From a virus: a stretch of DNA of 64,000 nucleotides. Shown here one piece after another: positions 38,701-46,966 of the stretch; the first letter of the stretch is position 1; every line of letters starts with the position of its first letter. Both the position numbers and the translations under genes were made by a program. The stretch lies in the IMG/VR virus record IMGVR_UViG_3300005573_001011, positions 32,001-96,000 of that record. One strand, 5' to 3'. Under the pieces are notes generated by a model. That model had not been told where the DNA came from. It did no database searches and was given only the letters and a program-made list of their open reading frames with translations.

Positions 38701-41700
38701 ATATAGTGGTATTTCTGGTTACTCTGGAATAGAAGGCTTATCTGGGTATTCTGGTATCTCTGGTTACTCTGGGGTTTCTGGATACTCTGGTATCTCTGGA
38801 ATAAGTGGATACAGCGGAATATCGGGTTATTCTGGGCTATCTGGTTATAAAGGTCTTAACTGGACTGGGTACTGGGACTCTACAACTACGTACTATGTAA
38901 ATGACGTAGTCTATCACGAAGGCTCATCTTACGTATGCATACAAGAAAACATAAACCAAGAACCGCCTAACGAAGATTATTGGCAACTGCTGGCCCTTGG
39001 TGGGACTTCAGGTTATAGTGGGATCTCTGGGTATTCTGGTATAAGTGGATATTCAGGTATTAGCGGATACTCTGGAATAGAAGGCGCAGAGGGCTTAAGC
39101 GGATACTCTGGTGTAAGTGGATATAGTGGGGTCTCTGGATATTCAGGCATTAGTGGATACTCTGGCATTGAAGGAGCCCAAGGATTATCTGGTTACTCTG
39201 GAAGAAGTGGTTATAGTGGTATTTCTGGATACTCTGGAATTTCTGGATACTCTGGGATAGAAGGAGTCGAAGGCTTAAGTGGTTACAGTGGTATTTCTGG
39301 ATATTCTGGAATAAGCGGATATAGTGGTATTAGTGGAACTTCTGGTTACTCTGGAATAAGTGGTATTAGTGGTTATAGTGGTATTGAAGGTGTAGGAGGC
39401 TTAAGCGGTTATTCAGGAATAAGCGGTTACAGTGGTATATCTGGTTACTCTGGCATTGAAGGAGGCCAAGGATTATCTGGTTATTCAGGCATTAGCGGCA
39501 TTTCTGGGTACTCTGGAATAAGCGGTTATTCTGGTGTTTCAGGTTACTCTGGGATTTCGGGTATAAGTGGATATTCTGGGAGAAGTGGGTATAGCGGTGT
39601 AAGTGGATATTCTGGTACTTCTGGAATAAGTGGTTATTCTGGCATTAGCGGTATCTCTGGATATTCTGGAGCTCAATTTGTCGGTTCTTCTGGCTACTCA
39701 GGAATAAGCGGTTATAGTGGATGTTCTGGCATTTCTGGAATAAGCGGATATAGTGGTATTAGTGGAATAAGCGGATACTCTGGTAGAAGTGGTTATAGTG
39801 GTATTTCTGGCTACTCAGGAATAAGTGGTTATAGTGGAATAAGTGGTATATCTGGATACTCTGGTGTTTTGCCTCCTGGTTCATCAGGCCAAACATTAAG
39901 GCATGACGGCTCAAATTGGGTAGCTAACAGTTTAATTTTCAACGATGGTACTAACGTCGGTATTGGGACAACGAATCCAGGAGCAAAATTAGATGTAGAT
40001 GGCACAATTTACGGCCAGTCGATTCGCCTGAATCGTCCTGGAGACGCCTCGTATATTTATCGGGACATATCAGAAACAGGAAATATTTCTATAGAAAACT
40101 ATTGTGGTGGCATTAATTTAGAAACAGGAACTGTTGGTACTGATAGAGCAAGTCGTATTTATATCCAAAGCACCGGCAACGTTGGGATCGGGACAACTAC
40201 AGCTACTGGTAAGTTTACTATTAAGGCGAAGGACGAAACTTACACAGGCTTGTTGTATATGGAGGCAAGTGGAAGCACAAATGCTTGGAATATGGCATTC
40301 GATAGTGCAACCGCTCCTAATCTTTGGCTTCAGTACAACGGAAGCTCAACGCCAATAATGCTTTGGAGAAATGACGGTAGTGTCGGTATTGGGACGACGA
40401 GCCCAAGTAATCTTCTGCATGTCTACGGAACATCAAATATAGTCGCAAGGTTTGAAAGATTTACGAGTGGAATTGCAAATGAGGGGGCCATTGAGGTAGT
40501 TGGTAACGATGCTTCTAATAATAAATACTCTTTGTATATAGGTTCGTCTCCTTCTAAGGGGCTTATTAGGACTCTTCAAAGTGTACCATTGCATTTTGGT
40601 GTAAATAGTGGGATAAATGTAACAATAGATACCAGCGGCAACGTCGGCATCGGTACGACGGGACCAGTTGCAAATTTACATATTCAGCAGACTACAGGTA
40701 CGGGTATTTCTTTAAGACGAACGGGGGGCGAAGCAATTTTTCAGATTGTGGGAGATGGAGGTGCCAACTATTTGGCAATGGATACCGCCACGAGTAATCT
40801 TTATATTGGTGGCACTCCTACTGGAGCTGGTGGTCAGTATCCAACGATGACAGTAGGAGCAAACAATGGCAACGTCGGTATTGGGACGACGAGTCCACTA
40901 GGGAAATTGCATATAGTATATCCTGAAGTATGCATTCCCATATTTGAGAATAACTATGGTTCAGGTCTTGGTTTAAATAGAATTTTGATGAAGACTTATC
41001 TTCAAGGCTATACCTATATTGAGATGAATAGTAATAATCAAGGAACTCCTTTCTCTTGGAAAATAGGATTAACAGATAGTGCAGATAGATTCCGCATATT
41101 GAGAGAAAGTTCAGAATTTTTGTCGATATTAAATACCGGCAATGTCGGCATCGGGACGACAGAACCGGTTGGAAATCTTGATATAGAAGCTACAGCAGTA
41201 AACACTATTGGTCATTTGGTTGTTAATAGAGCAAATTATGGCGGTTTGGGTGGAGAATTAACTATTAGAAATTCAGCGGGAGGAGCTAATGCCGCAGGAG
41301 CTATTGCTTTTGAGTTAGATGGATCTACAGCTTTTGGTTCAGATGAGAGTAATGCGAGCAATGCGGAAATCAGAGCAGTTAACAATGGAATTTTAAGCAA
41401 CTCGACTGACTTGTTATTCTCTAATTGGTCTGGGAGCGCAGAAAACGTAAATATGATTATAAGATATAACGGCAACGTCGGCATTGGGACGACAGATCCA
41501 CAAGCGAAGTTGCACATAGAGGGAGGAGGTAGCGGTTATGTTTTGCGTATTGGGAGTTCGGGAGCAAGTGGAATAGTCAACTATGCTGCTGGAGGAGGAG
41601 GAACATCGACAGTTTCAGTTTTTGGGCGAGGAGGATTAGATTTTAACTGGGGTGATGCATCAGTACGAGTTTACGATACTGGAGCTACAAGATTATTAAA

Positions 41701-44700
41701 GCTTGGTGAAAATGCTGGGTCAGGACAAAATGTCCATGTAATAATGGGAATAAATGGAAATGTCGGCATTGGAACAACAATTCCAGGTGCAAAATTAGAA
41801 GTTTCTGGTGGAAATATATTAGTAACCGCAACGAGTCCAACTGTTCAGCTTAGCGGTAGTATAACGAGTGGTAGATTTGGGCAAGATAGTGTCGGTAGTT
41901 TTATTGCATCGGACACAAACAGTGCAGCATTACGTTTTCTAACCAATAATGGTTCTCTAAATGAGTGGGTGAGAATAACAGCAAATGGCAGAGTCGGCAT
42001 TGGAACGACTGGACCAACTAATACATTACATGTTGCTGGCACTTCAACCTACAATGTAGATAGTGGAATAGCTTTAAGAGTATCGGATGCAACGACAACA
42101 ACGAAAGGGATAAATATTGGTTATGACACAAATCTTGATAGGGGCTTCTTACAGGCAGGAAACTTTGGACAATATTACAGTGACTTATTATTGAATCCAA
42201 ATGCAGGCAATGTAGGTGTCGGAACGACGGCACCAAATGCTAAATTAGAAGTTGCAGGCACAATTAGAGCGACATCGTTTGCTAGTCCTCCAAGTGGTAG
42301 CGGGTCTAGCCTTGAGTTGGGTTGGAATGGAACATATGGCATAATTCAAGCCTACGATAGAACCGCAGATAGTGTAAAGCCATTGGTGCTTAATTACAAT
42401 GGCGGAAATATAATAATGATTCCTACTGGTACTGGTAACGTCGGCATTGGGGCAACGAATCCAGGAGCAAGAGTAGATATTGTTCCTTCGTCTTCGAGTG
42501 ACGTAGTTTTCAGAACCAAATCTTTGCAGTCCACCGCTCCGCTTGGAACTGAACTTGTCTCAAATGGTAACTTTTCCACGGTTCCTGACACTTCTTGGAC
42601 ATGGGGCAGTGGGTGGACACATGATACGACAAATTTAGAAGCTGACCATACGCCTGGAAATACTGCTGCTTTAACGCAAAACATTAATGTGGTTAATGGG
42701 CAGACTTATCACGTACAACTAACCATAAAAAATAGAACGGCGGGTTCAGTTACTCTTGACATAAATGGGGTTTATATTTACCTCTATAGTTCAATCACTA
42801 CTTTCGTTACTAACGGTACTTTTAGCCGCTCTCTCGTTGCTAACACGACAGGGTCGGCAACCTTGCGTATTACCCCAAGTTCCGATTTTAATGGTAGTGT
42901 AGATGATATTTCGGTCAAGCAAATTACTGGAGTTTCTCAACCCAATTTTAGTTTAGTGGATGATGCGAGTAGTGTGGTAGCTGAGTTGAGGGGGAAAAAC
43001 TCTCTTAGTAATATCGGCTTGGGAACAGATTCTCTTCGCTACAACACGACTGGTTATAGTAATTGTGCGGTAGGTACGAGTGCTCTTTATAGTAATACTA
43101 CTGGTTATGAGAATACTGCAGTAGGTACGAGTGCTCTTTATAATAACACTACTGGTTTTTTTAATACTGCGCTAGGTGCAAAAGCTCTTTATACTAATAC
43201 TACTGGTATAGGGAACTTAGCATTAGGCAGAGAGGCTCTTTTTAGTAACACTACTGGTTATTATAATACTGCAGTAGGTATGAGTGCTCTTTATAATAAC
43301 ACTACTGGTTATTATAATACTGCAGTAGGTATGAGTGCTCTTTATAATAACACTACTGGTTATTATAATACTGCGCTAGGTATAGGTGCTGGGCAGTACA
43401 TTGCAGACGGATCATCCCCTAACCAAACTTCATATAATTCTGTCTATTTGGGTTATAATACAAAAGCATCGGCTAATGGGGATACTAATGAGATAGTAAT
43501 TGGATATAATGCTACAGGAGCAGGAAGTAATTCTGTTGTTCTTGGAAACGACTCTATTACAAAGACTATATTAAAAGGCAAAGTCGGCATTGGAACGGCG
43601 GACCCCCCAGAGAAATTGACTGTCTATTCGCCATCTTCAACCGATGCTTTTATTCGTGTCTCCTCTCCAGATGGTTGTAAAGCAGGGATCAAGTTTGGTG
43701 AAGACCAGAATTCATCACAAACATGGGGACACAGAATTTTATACGATGGATATAACGATCTTGTTTTATTCCAAAATATTCGTAATACAGTAGTGAATGA
43801 GGTAATGGCTTTCGATAGTAGCAACAGGGTCGGCATTGGGACGACGAGTATGAATGTAAAGCTTGCTGTCAATGGAGCAATAGAGTCACTTACAACACCT
43901 AGCAGTGACATGAATACAGCCGGACTTATTCTAAAAGACGAAACTACCAGCGGAAGATGGCAGGTACATTCGCATGGAGACATACTTAGGATGTACAATG
44001 GTTCTATCGAAACCATTGTAGGGGAACAAACTTCAACAATACTTCTTAAGGAAAACATTGTCCCCTTAACTGGTGCCTTAGATAAAATCAAGCAATTACA
44101 CGCCATCTCCTTCAAGTTTAAGCCTGAAATTTATGGCGGAAAACAGAGTATCGGTTTTAGTGCCGAAGAGGTGAGGAACATTATACCAGAAGTCGTCACC
44201 ATGGATAAAGATGGCGTCTATCCGATTTCTATTAACTACGGGTTGTTAAGCACAGTTGCAATTCAAGGTATTAAGGAGCTTTATGGAAAAGTCAGGGGTA
44301 TTGAGACAACGGGACAAGGGAATCTAGTAATAAACCAAGGCAACGTCGGTATTGGAACGACTACTCCAGGTGGTTCATCCACAGTTGGAACGAAAGTATT
44401 GTCTATTTCCGCCGGCACAGAACCAAGTGGCGGTGTAGATGGTCAGGTAAGTCTGTTTAGCAAGGATGTTTCTAATTCTGCAGAACTCTTCGTTATGGAC
44501 GAAGCAGGAAACAAGACTCAATTAAGCCCACACCCTGGAGACTTCTTAGATAATCTACCAGTTGACGATAGGCCATATCCTTGGGCATACTTGGCTGAAA
44601 ATGAGTATCTTGGAAAGAGGATAAAAGTAGATTTAGCGGGTTTGGTGGCCGCCATAGAGAAGTTGACTGGCGAGAAGTTCATGTATATTGAAGACATTCC

Positions 44701-44941
44701 GCGACGGAATTGGGACGAAGATCAAGAAGCTCAAAGACTTGCTCGTGAGAAAGAAATACAAGCTGTCTTGCAACAGATAGCCGATCTTGAGCAGAAAATT
44801 GAATCTGAAGCAGACGCAGAAAAGAAGCAGGAATTAATCAAGCAGAAAGAGGAGATTGTCGTTCCAGAGCCTTATGTGAAGAAGAACCTGCCCAAGTGGA
44901 TAGCTGCAAGACTAAGACAGGAGCAGATGTCTGAAGCCTAA
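35792..44941 (+). CDS. Giant (3049 aa) fibre/adhesin: SGY collagen-like stalk, 2 CBM5/12-like modules, C1q-like domain, 14 GNVGIGT modules, NTTG repeats, S74-like chaperone
   Basis: Domain motifs are visible in the translation (W..TTTY...DVV...GSSYVC; Y.I.PTEAGYY; LKENI..L..AL.KI..L...GFSAEEV...INY). Confidence 0.85.
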   Translation: MLIQTFARGLSGYSGYSGIAGTAASSGYSGISGYSGYYGYSGYSGISGYSGIEGAEGLSGYSGFSGYSGVSGYSGIEGLEGLSGYSGVSGYSGISGYSGISGYSGIEGAEGLSGYSGISGYSGISGISGYSGYSGLEGIEGLSGYSGISGYSGISGYSGLEGAEGLSGYSGISGYSGISGYSGLEGVEGLSGYSGISGYSGLFGISGYSGISGYSGIEGTEGYSGYSGVSGYSGISGISGYSGVEGAEGLSGYSGIEGAQGLSGYSGISGYSGIEGAQGLSGYSGISGYSGIEGAQGLSGYSGISGISGYSGISGYSGISGISGYSGAQFVGSSGYSGISGYSGISGYSGISGYSGISGYSGITGISGYSGISGISGISGYSGISGYSGISGYSGIEGTEGLSGYSGISGYSGISGYSGISGYSGLEGAYSASGYSGISGYSGISGYSGLSGYKGLNWTGNWDSTTTYYVNDVVYHEGSSYVCVQENINQEPPNEDYWQLLALAGVPGYTSQQASMYRSGANQPIPNVTWTKVQLNAISFDPYNICNVSNYRIKPTEAGYYLVVGYGSIDLGSGNVFVVAIYKNGSLLVYGTDVALQSGIGYTRSIASQIVYMNGSTDYLELWCYQQSGTTRSLLSGSENTYLSIVSIAGPQGSSGYSGLSGYSGISGYSGIQGLSGYSGISGISGFSGYSGLEGTEGLSGYSGVSGYSGISGYSGISGISGYSGAQFVGSSGYSGISGYSGIEGVEGLSGYSGISGYSGIEGAEGLSGYSGISGYSGISGYSGISGYSGIEGVEGLSGYSGRSGYSGISGYSGIEGVEGLSGYSGISGYSGVSGYSGIEGLSGYSGISGYSGISGYSGVSGYSGIEGTEGLSGYSGISGYSGISGLSGYSGISGYSGISGYSGLEGVEGLSGYSGISGYSGISGYSGIEGVEGLSGYSGISGYSGYSGISGYSGVEGAEGLSGYSGASGYSGISGYSGIEGLSGYSGISGYSGVSGYSGISGISGYSGISGYSGLSGYKGLNWTGYWDSTTTYYVNDVVYHEGSSYVCIQENINQEPPNEDYWQLLALGGTSGYSGISGYSGISGYSGISGYSGIEGAEGLSGYSGVSGYSGVSGYSGISGYSGIEGAQGLSGYSGRSGYSGISGYSGISGYSGIEGVEGLSGYSGISGYSGISGYSGISGTSGYSGISGISGYSGIEGVGGLSGYSGISGYSGISGYSGIEGGQGLSGYSGISGISGYSGISGYSGVSGYSGISGISGYSGRSGYSGVSGYSGTSGISGYSGISGISGYSGAQFVGSSGYSGISGYSGCSGISGISGYSGISGISGYSGRSGYSGISGYSGISGYSGISGISGYSGVLPPGSSGQTLRHDGSNWVANSLIFNDGTNVGIGTTNPGAKLDVDGTIYGQSIRLNRPGDASYIYRDISETGNISIENYCGGINLETGTVGTDRASRIYIQSTGNVGIGTTTATGKFTIKAKDETYTGLLYMEASGSTNAWNMAFDSATAPNLWLQYNGSSTPIMLWRNDGSVGIGTTSPSNLLHVYGTSNIVARFERFTSGIANEGAIEVVGNDASNNKYSLYIGSSPSKGLIRTLQSVPLHFGVNSGINVTIDTSGNVGIGTTGPVANLHIQQTTGTGISLRRTGGEAIFQIVGDGGANYLAMDTATSNLYIGGTPTGAGGQYPTMTVGANNGNVGIGTTSPLGKLHIVYPEVCIPIFENNYGSGLGLNRILMKTYLQGYTYIEMNSNNQGTPFSWKIGLTDSADRFRILRESSEFLSILNTGNVGIGTTEPVGNLDIEATAVNTIGHLVVNRANYGGLGGELTIRNSAGGANAAGAIAFELDGSTAFGSDESNASNAEIRAVNNGILSNSTDLLFSNWSGSAENVNMIIRYNGNVGIGTTDPQAKLHIEGGGSGYVLRIGSSGASGIVNYAAGGGGTSTVSVFGRGGLDFNWGDASVRVYDTGATRLLKLGENAGSGQNVHVIMGINGNVGIGTTIPGAKLEVSGGNILVTATSPTVQLSGSITSGRFGQDSVGSFIASDTNSAALRFLTNNGSLNEWVRITANGRVGIGTTGPTNTLHVAGTSTYNVDSGIALRVSDATTTTKGINIGYDTNLDRGFLQAGNFGQYYSDLLLNPNAGNVGVGTTAPNAKLEVAGTIRATSFASPPSGSGSSLELGWNGTYGIIQAYDRTADSVKPLVLNYNGGNIIMIPTGTGNVGIGATNPGARVDIVPSSSSDVVFRTKSLQSTAPLGTELVSNGNFSTVPDTSWTWGSGWTHDTTNLEADHTPGNTAALTQNINVVNGQTYHVQLTIKNRTAGSVTLDINGVYIYLYSSITTFVTNGTFSRSLVANTTGSATLRITPSSDFNGSVDDISVKQITGVSQPNFSLVDDASSVVAELRGKNSLSNIGLGTDSLRYNTTGYSNCAVGTSALYSNTTGYENTAVGTSALYNNTTGFFNTALGAKALYTNTTGIGNLALGREALFSNTTGYYNTAVGMSALYNNTTGYYNTAVGMSALYNNTTGYYNTALGIGAGQYIADGSSPNQTSYNSVYLGYNTKASANGDTNEIVIGYNATGAGSNSVVLGNDSITKTILKGKVGIGTADPPEKLTVYSPSSTDAFIRVSSPDGCKAGIKFGEDQNSSQTWGHRILYDGYNDLVLFQNIRNTVVNEVMAFDSSNRVGIGTTSMNVKLAVNGAIESLTTPSSDMNTAGLILKDETTSGRWQVHSHGDILRMYNGSIETIVGEQTSTILLKENIVPLTGALDKIKQLHAISFKFKPEIYGGKQSIGFSAEEVRNIIPEVVTMDKDGVYPISINYGLLSTVAIQGIKELYGKVRGIETTGQGNLVINQGNVGIGTTTPGGSSTVGTKVLSISAGTEPSGGVDGQVSLFSKDVSNSAELFVMDEAGNKTQLSPHPGDFLDNLPVDDRPYPWAYLAENEYLGKRIKVDLAGLVAAIEKLTGEKFMYIEDIPRRNWDEDQEAQRLAREKEIQAVLQQIADLEQKIESEADAEKKQELIKQKEEIVVPEPYVKKNLPKWIAARLRQEQMSEA
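37108..38990 (+). repeat. About 185-bp near-identical direct repeat (about 37108-37290 and 38806-38990) encoding the CBM-like module
   Basis: gtggatacagcggaatatcggg...gaagattattggcaact occurs twice with few substitutions. Confidence 0.85.
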
Positions 44942-45191
44942 TGGAACCTGTAGAACAAACTTCTGGAATAGAATACTTATCCTAAATGTTTATCTCACAA
45001 AATTTAAGGGATGACCAGTAAATTAGTCCAAGAATAAATTTAGTTAGACCATTCCGCAACTACTATTTTTCAGTTTGGTTGCGGAATTTTATTCGATAGA
45101 AGAGAACTTAGTTCTAAACTAAGATTTAGTGAAACTGAACCCGGGGGTGTAGAAGATGAAATAAGGGTTCAGTATAATAAAAGGAGGAAAT

Positions 45192-45380
45192 ATGACAATG
45201 ACGACGAAAATTAAAGACAGAATCGAGGAGTTAAGGAAAGAGAATGATGCAGACAACCAGAAGCTAATTGAGTTAGAACAGAGGAAGAGTTTACTAATCC
45301 AGGAAATTTTGGTAAGGAATGGAAGAATTTTGGAACTAGAAAAACTATTGGATGAGACAGACCGAAAAGAAGCGGACTAA
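45192..45380 (+). CDS. Small coiled-coil protein
   Basis: AAGGAGG RBS. Confidence 0.75.
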   Translation: MTMTTKIKDRIEELRKENDADNQKLIELEQRKSLLIQEILVRNGRILELEKLLDETDRKEAD

Positions 45381-45554
45381 ATATAGCTAGAACAGCTATC
45401 GAACTTCCACCAAAAATTTGACTCTTTTACACTACAATGGAATAAGGTGTTTACGCTGCTATAGCATAATATTGAGGAAAGAGTGAATGACTTCTAGATC
45501 TGAGTTGGAGGTAAGAAGAGGAACAAATAAATAAAAGTCTAGGGAGGACAAAAG

Positions 45555-46028
45555 ATGGGAATAAAAGTTCTTAGGGAAATATTAGACGAAGAGATAGCTG
45601 ATTTCGTCAATAAATTAAACGAGTTTTCGTTTCTACAAACAAGGTCATCTTGCTCAGGATACGGAGACCCAGAAACAGAAAACTCTAGGTCAGATGGAGT
45701 TAATAGAGTGTGGCGAGGACGACCATATATTTCGTTTTGGGTGCTCGAACCAGAAGCGTACCAGTTTGTCGAACATGTTATGAGAGAACTAGTTTTCGAC
45801 CACCGCGCTGCAGATGCTCCAGAAAAGCAGCCAGCATATGCAGAAAAACTAAGCAAGTTTGAAATACAAGACGATGGAAAGCAGCTTATCCACGCTACAT
45901 TAGAGTGGAGAAACGACAAAATGGTAGTTAGTATCTATATAGATGACAGAGACCGAAACCCAGAAACAATAATGAAGATATGGAAACTATTTGAGAGTGC
46001 TGTAGACTCTTACAAGACAAAAGGGTGA
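45555..46028 (+). CDS. Tyw3-like N-terminal fold hypothetical protein
   Basis: 'LDEEIADFVNKLN...TRSSCSG'. Confidence 0.55.
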   Translation: MGIKVLREILDEEIADFVNKLNEFSFLQTRSSCSGYGDPETENSRSDGVNRVWRGRPYISFWVLEPEAYQFVEHVMRELVFDHRAADAPEKQPAYAEKLSKFEIQDDGKQLIHATLEWRNDKMVVSIYIDDRDRNPETIMKIWKLFESAVDSYKTKG

Positions 46029-46072
46029 GAGTGTTAGATTGCTAAGTACAGTTAGAAAAAGGTGCGAGAAAA

Positions 46073-46966
46073 ATGAAATTTGTTTTTATCTTAACTTTGC
46101 TTGTCTTGCTTTTGGCGCCAGGTTACACTGCATCTTATGACAAATTTCACTCTCAGTTTCCAGGAGTTACTGATGAAAGAGATTTTGTCAATTTCGAAAA
46201 CTGGATTGTAGAAGTTAAGACAGTCGGTTATGCGTTGGGTATTCTTCCTGAGAAGTTTAGAGGGAAAGAGAAGAGTTGTCTGAGCATCGGAACGTTTGAG
46301 TTACAAGCGAGTGGTTTCGTTGTGCAAGGCGGGTTTATAGTGGCAGCGAACCATGTAGTCTCACCTCACTACGTTCTTATAAAGACAGATTACCACGTAG
46401 TTTGGAAAGTCCCAGTTACTAGTGTTCTTTCGAAAACTATAATTATTAATGAGTATATACCAGCTACTGTTATTTGGCAAGACGAAAAAGCGGATATAGC
46501 TGTCCTTCTCCCAGTGTACGACCGTAATATGACTCTAGAAGGAGTGTCCTTTAAGATGGAGAGTGCGGCCGTTGAGGAGGGTGATGCAGTTTCAATAGTA
46601 GTTAGAGAAGTGTTCGAAAATGGGGAGCGTGGCTCTTGGCACGAGATCAGACAAGGACGTGTTATATCGCCATATCCTCTTTCTGTATTTACTCCTGAGT
46701 TTGGAGACTTACACCTCTTAACTCAAGCTGAGTTAGAGCCAACGGACATAACTCATTCTACTACTCTCTACCCTGGAGATAGTGGCTCGCCATTAATTGC
46801 TTACAAAGAAGGCGAACCCGTAATAGTTGGTGTTGTAACTAAAATGATAGCACTTCGTGTAACTCTAACTGATGTTGTAGTCTTTTACTATGCAACAAGA
46901 ATAGACAAGGCAAAAAGATTTATTGAAGCATATATAGATTTACAGAGAAGGGAGAAAATAAATTGA
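46073..46966 (+). CDS. Secreted trypsin-like serine protease
   Basis: Signal peptide; AANHV, DIAVL and GDSGSP triad motifs. Confidence 0.85.
   Translation: MKFVFILTLLVLLLAPGYTASYDKFHSQFPGVTDERDFVNFENWIVEVKTVGYALGILPEKFRGKEKSCLSIGTFELQASGFVVQGGFIVAANHVVSPHYVLIKTDYHVVWKVPVTSVLSKTIIINEYIPATVIWQDEKADIAVLLPVYDRNMTLEGVSFKMESAAVEEGDAVSIVVREVFENGERGSWHEIRQGRVISPYPLSVFTPEFGDLHLLTQAELEPTDITHSTTLYPGDSGSPLIAYKEGEPVIVGVVTKMIALRVTLTDVVVFYYATRIDKAKRFIEAYIDLQRREKIN

Noticed and set aside
19250-39865. CRISPR array or DGR in the repetitive regions
   Set aside because: The repeats are in-frame coding triplets with synonymous variation. There is no constant repeat/unique spacer pattern, no reverse transcriptase, and no clear adenine-specific TR/VR pair.
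43000-43400. 51-nt tandem repeats as a regulatory or mobile element
   Set aside because: They encode NTTGxxNTAVGxxALYx beta-roll repeats typical of adhesin/fibre heads.
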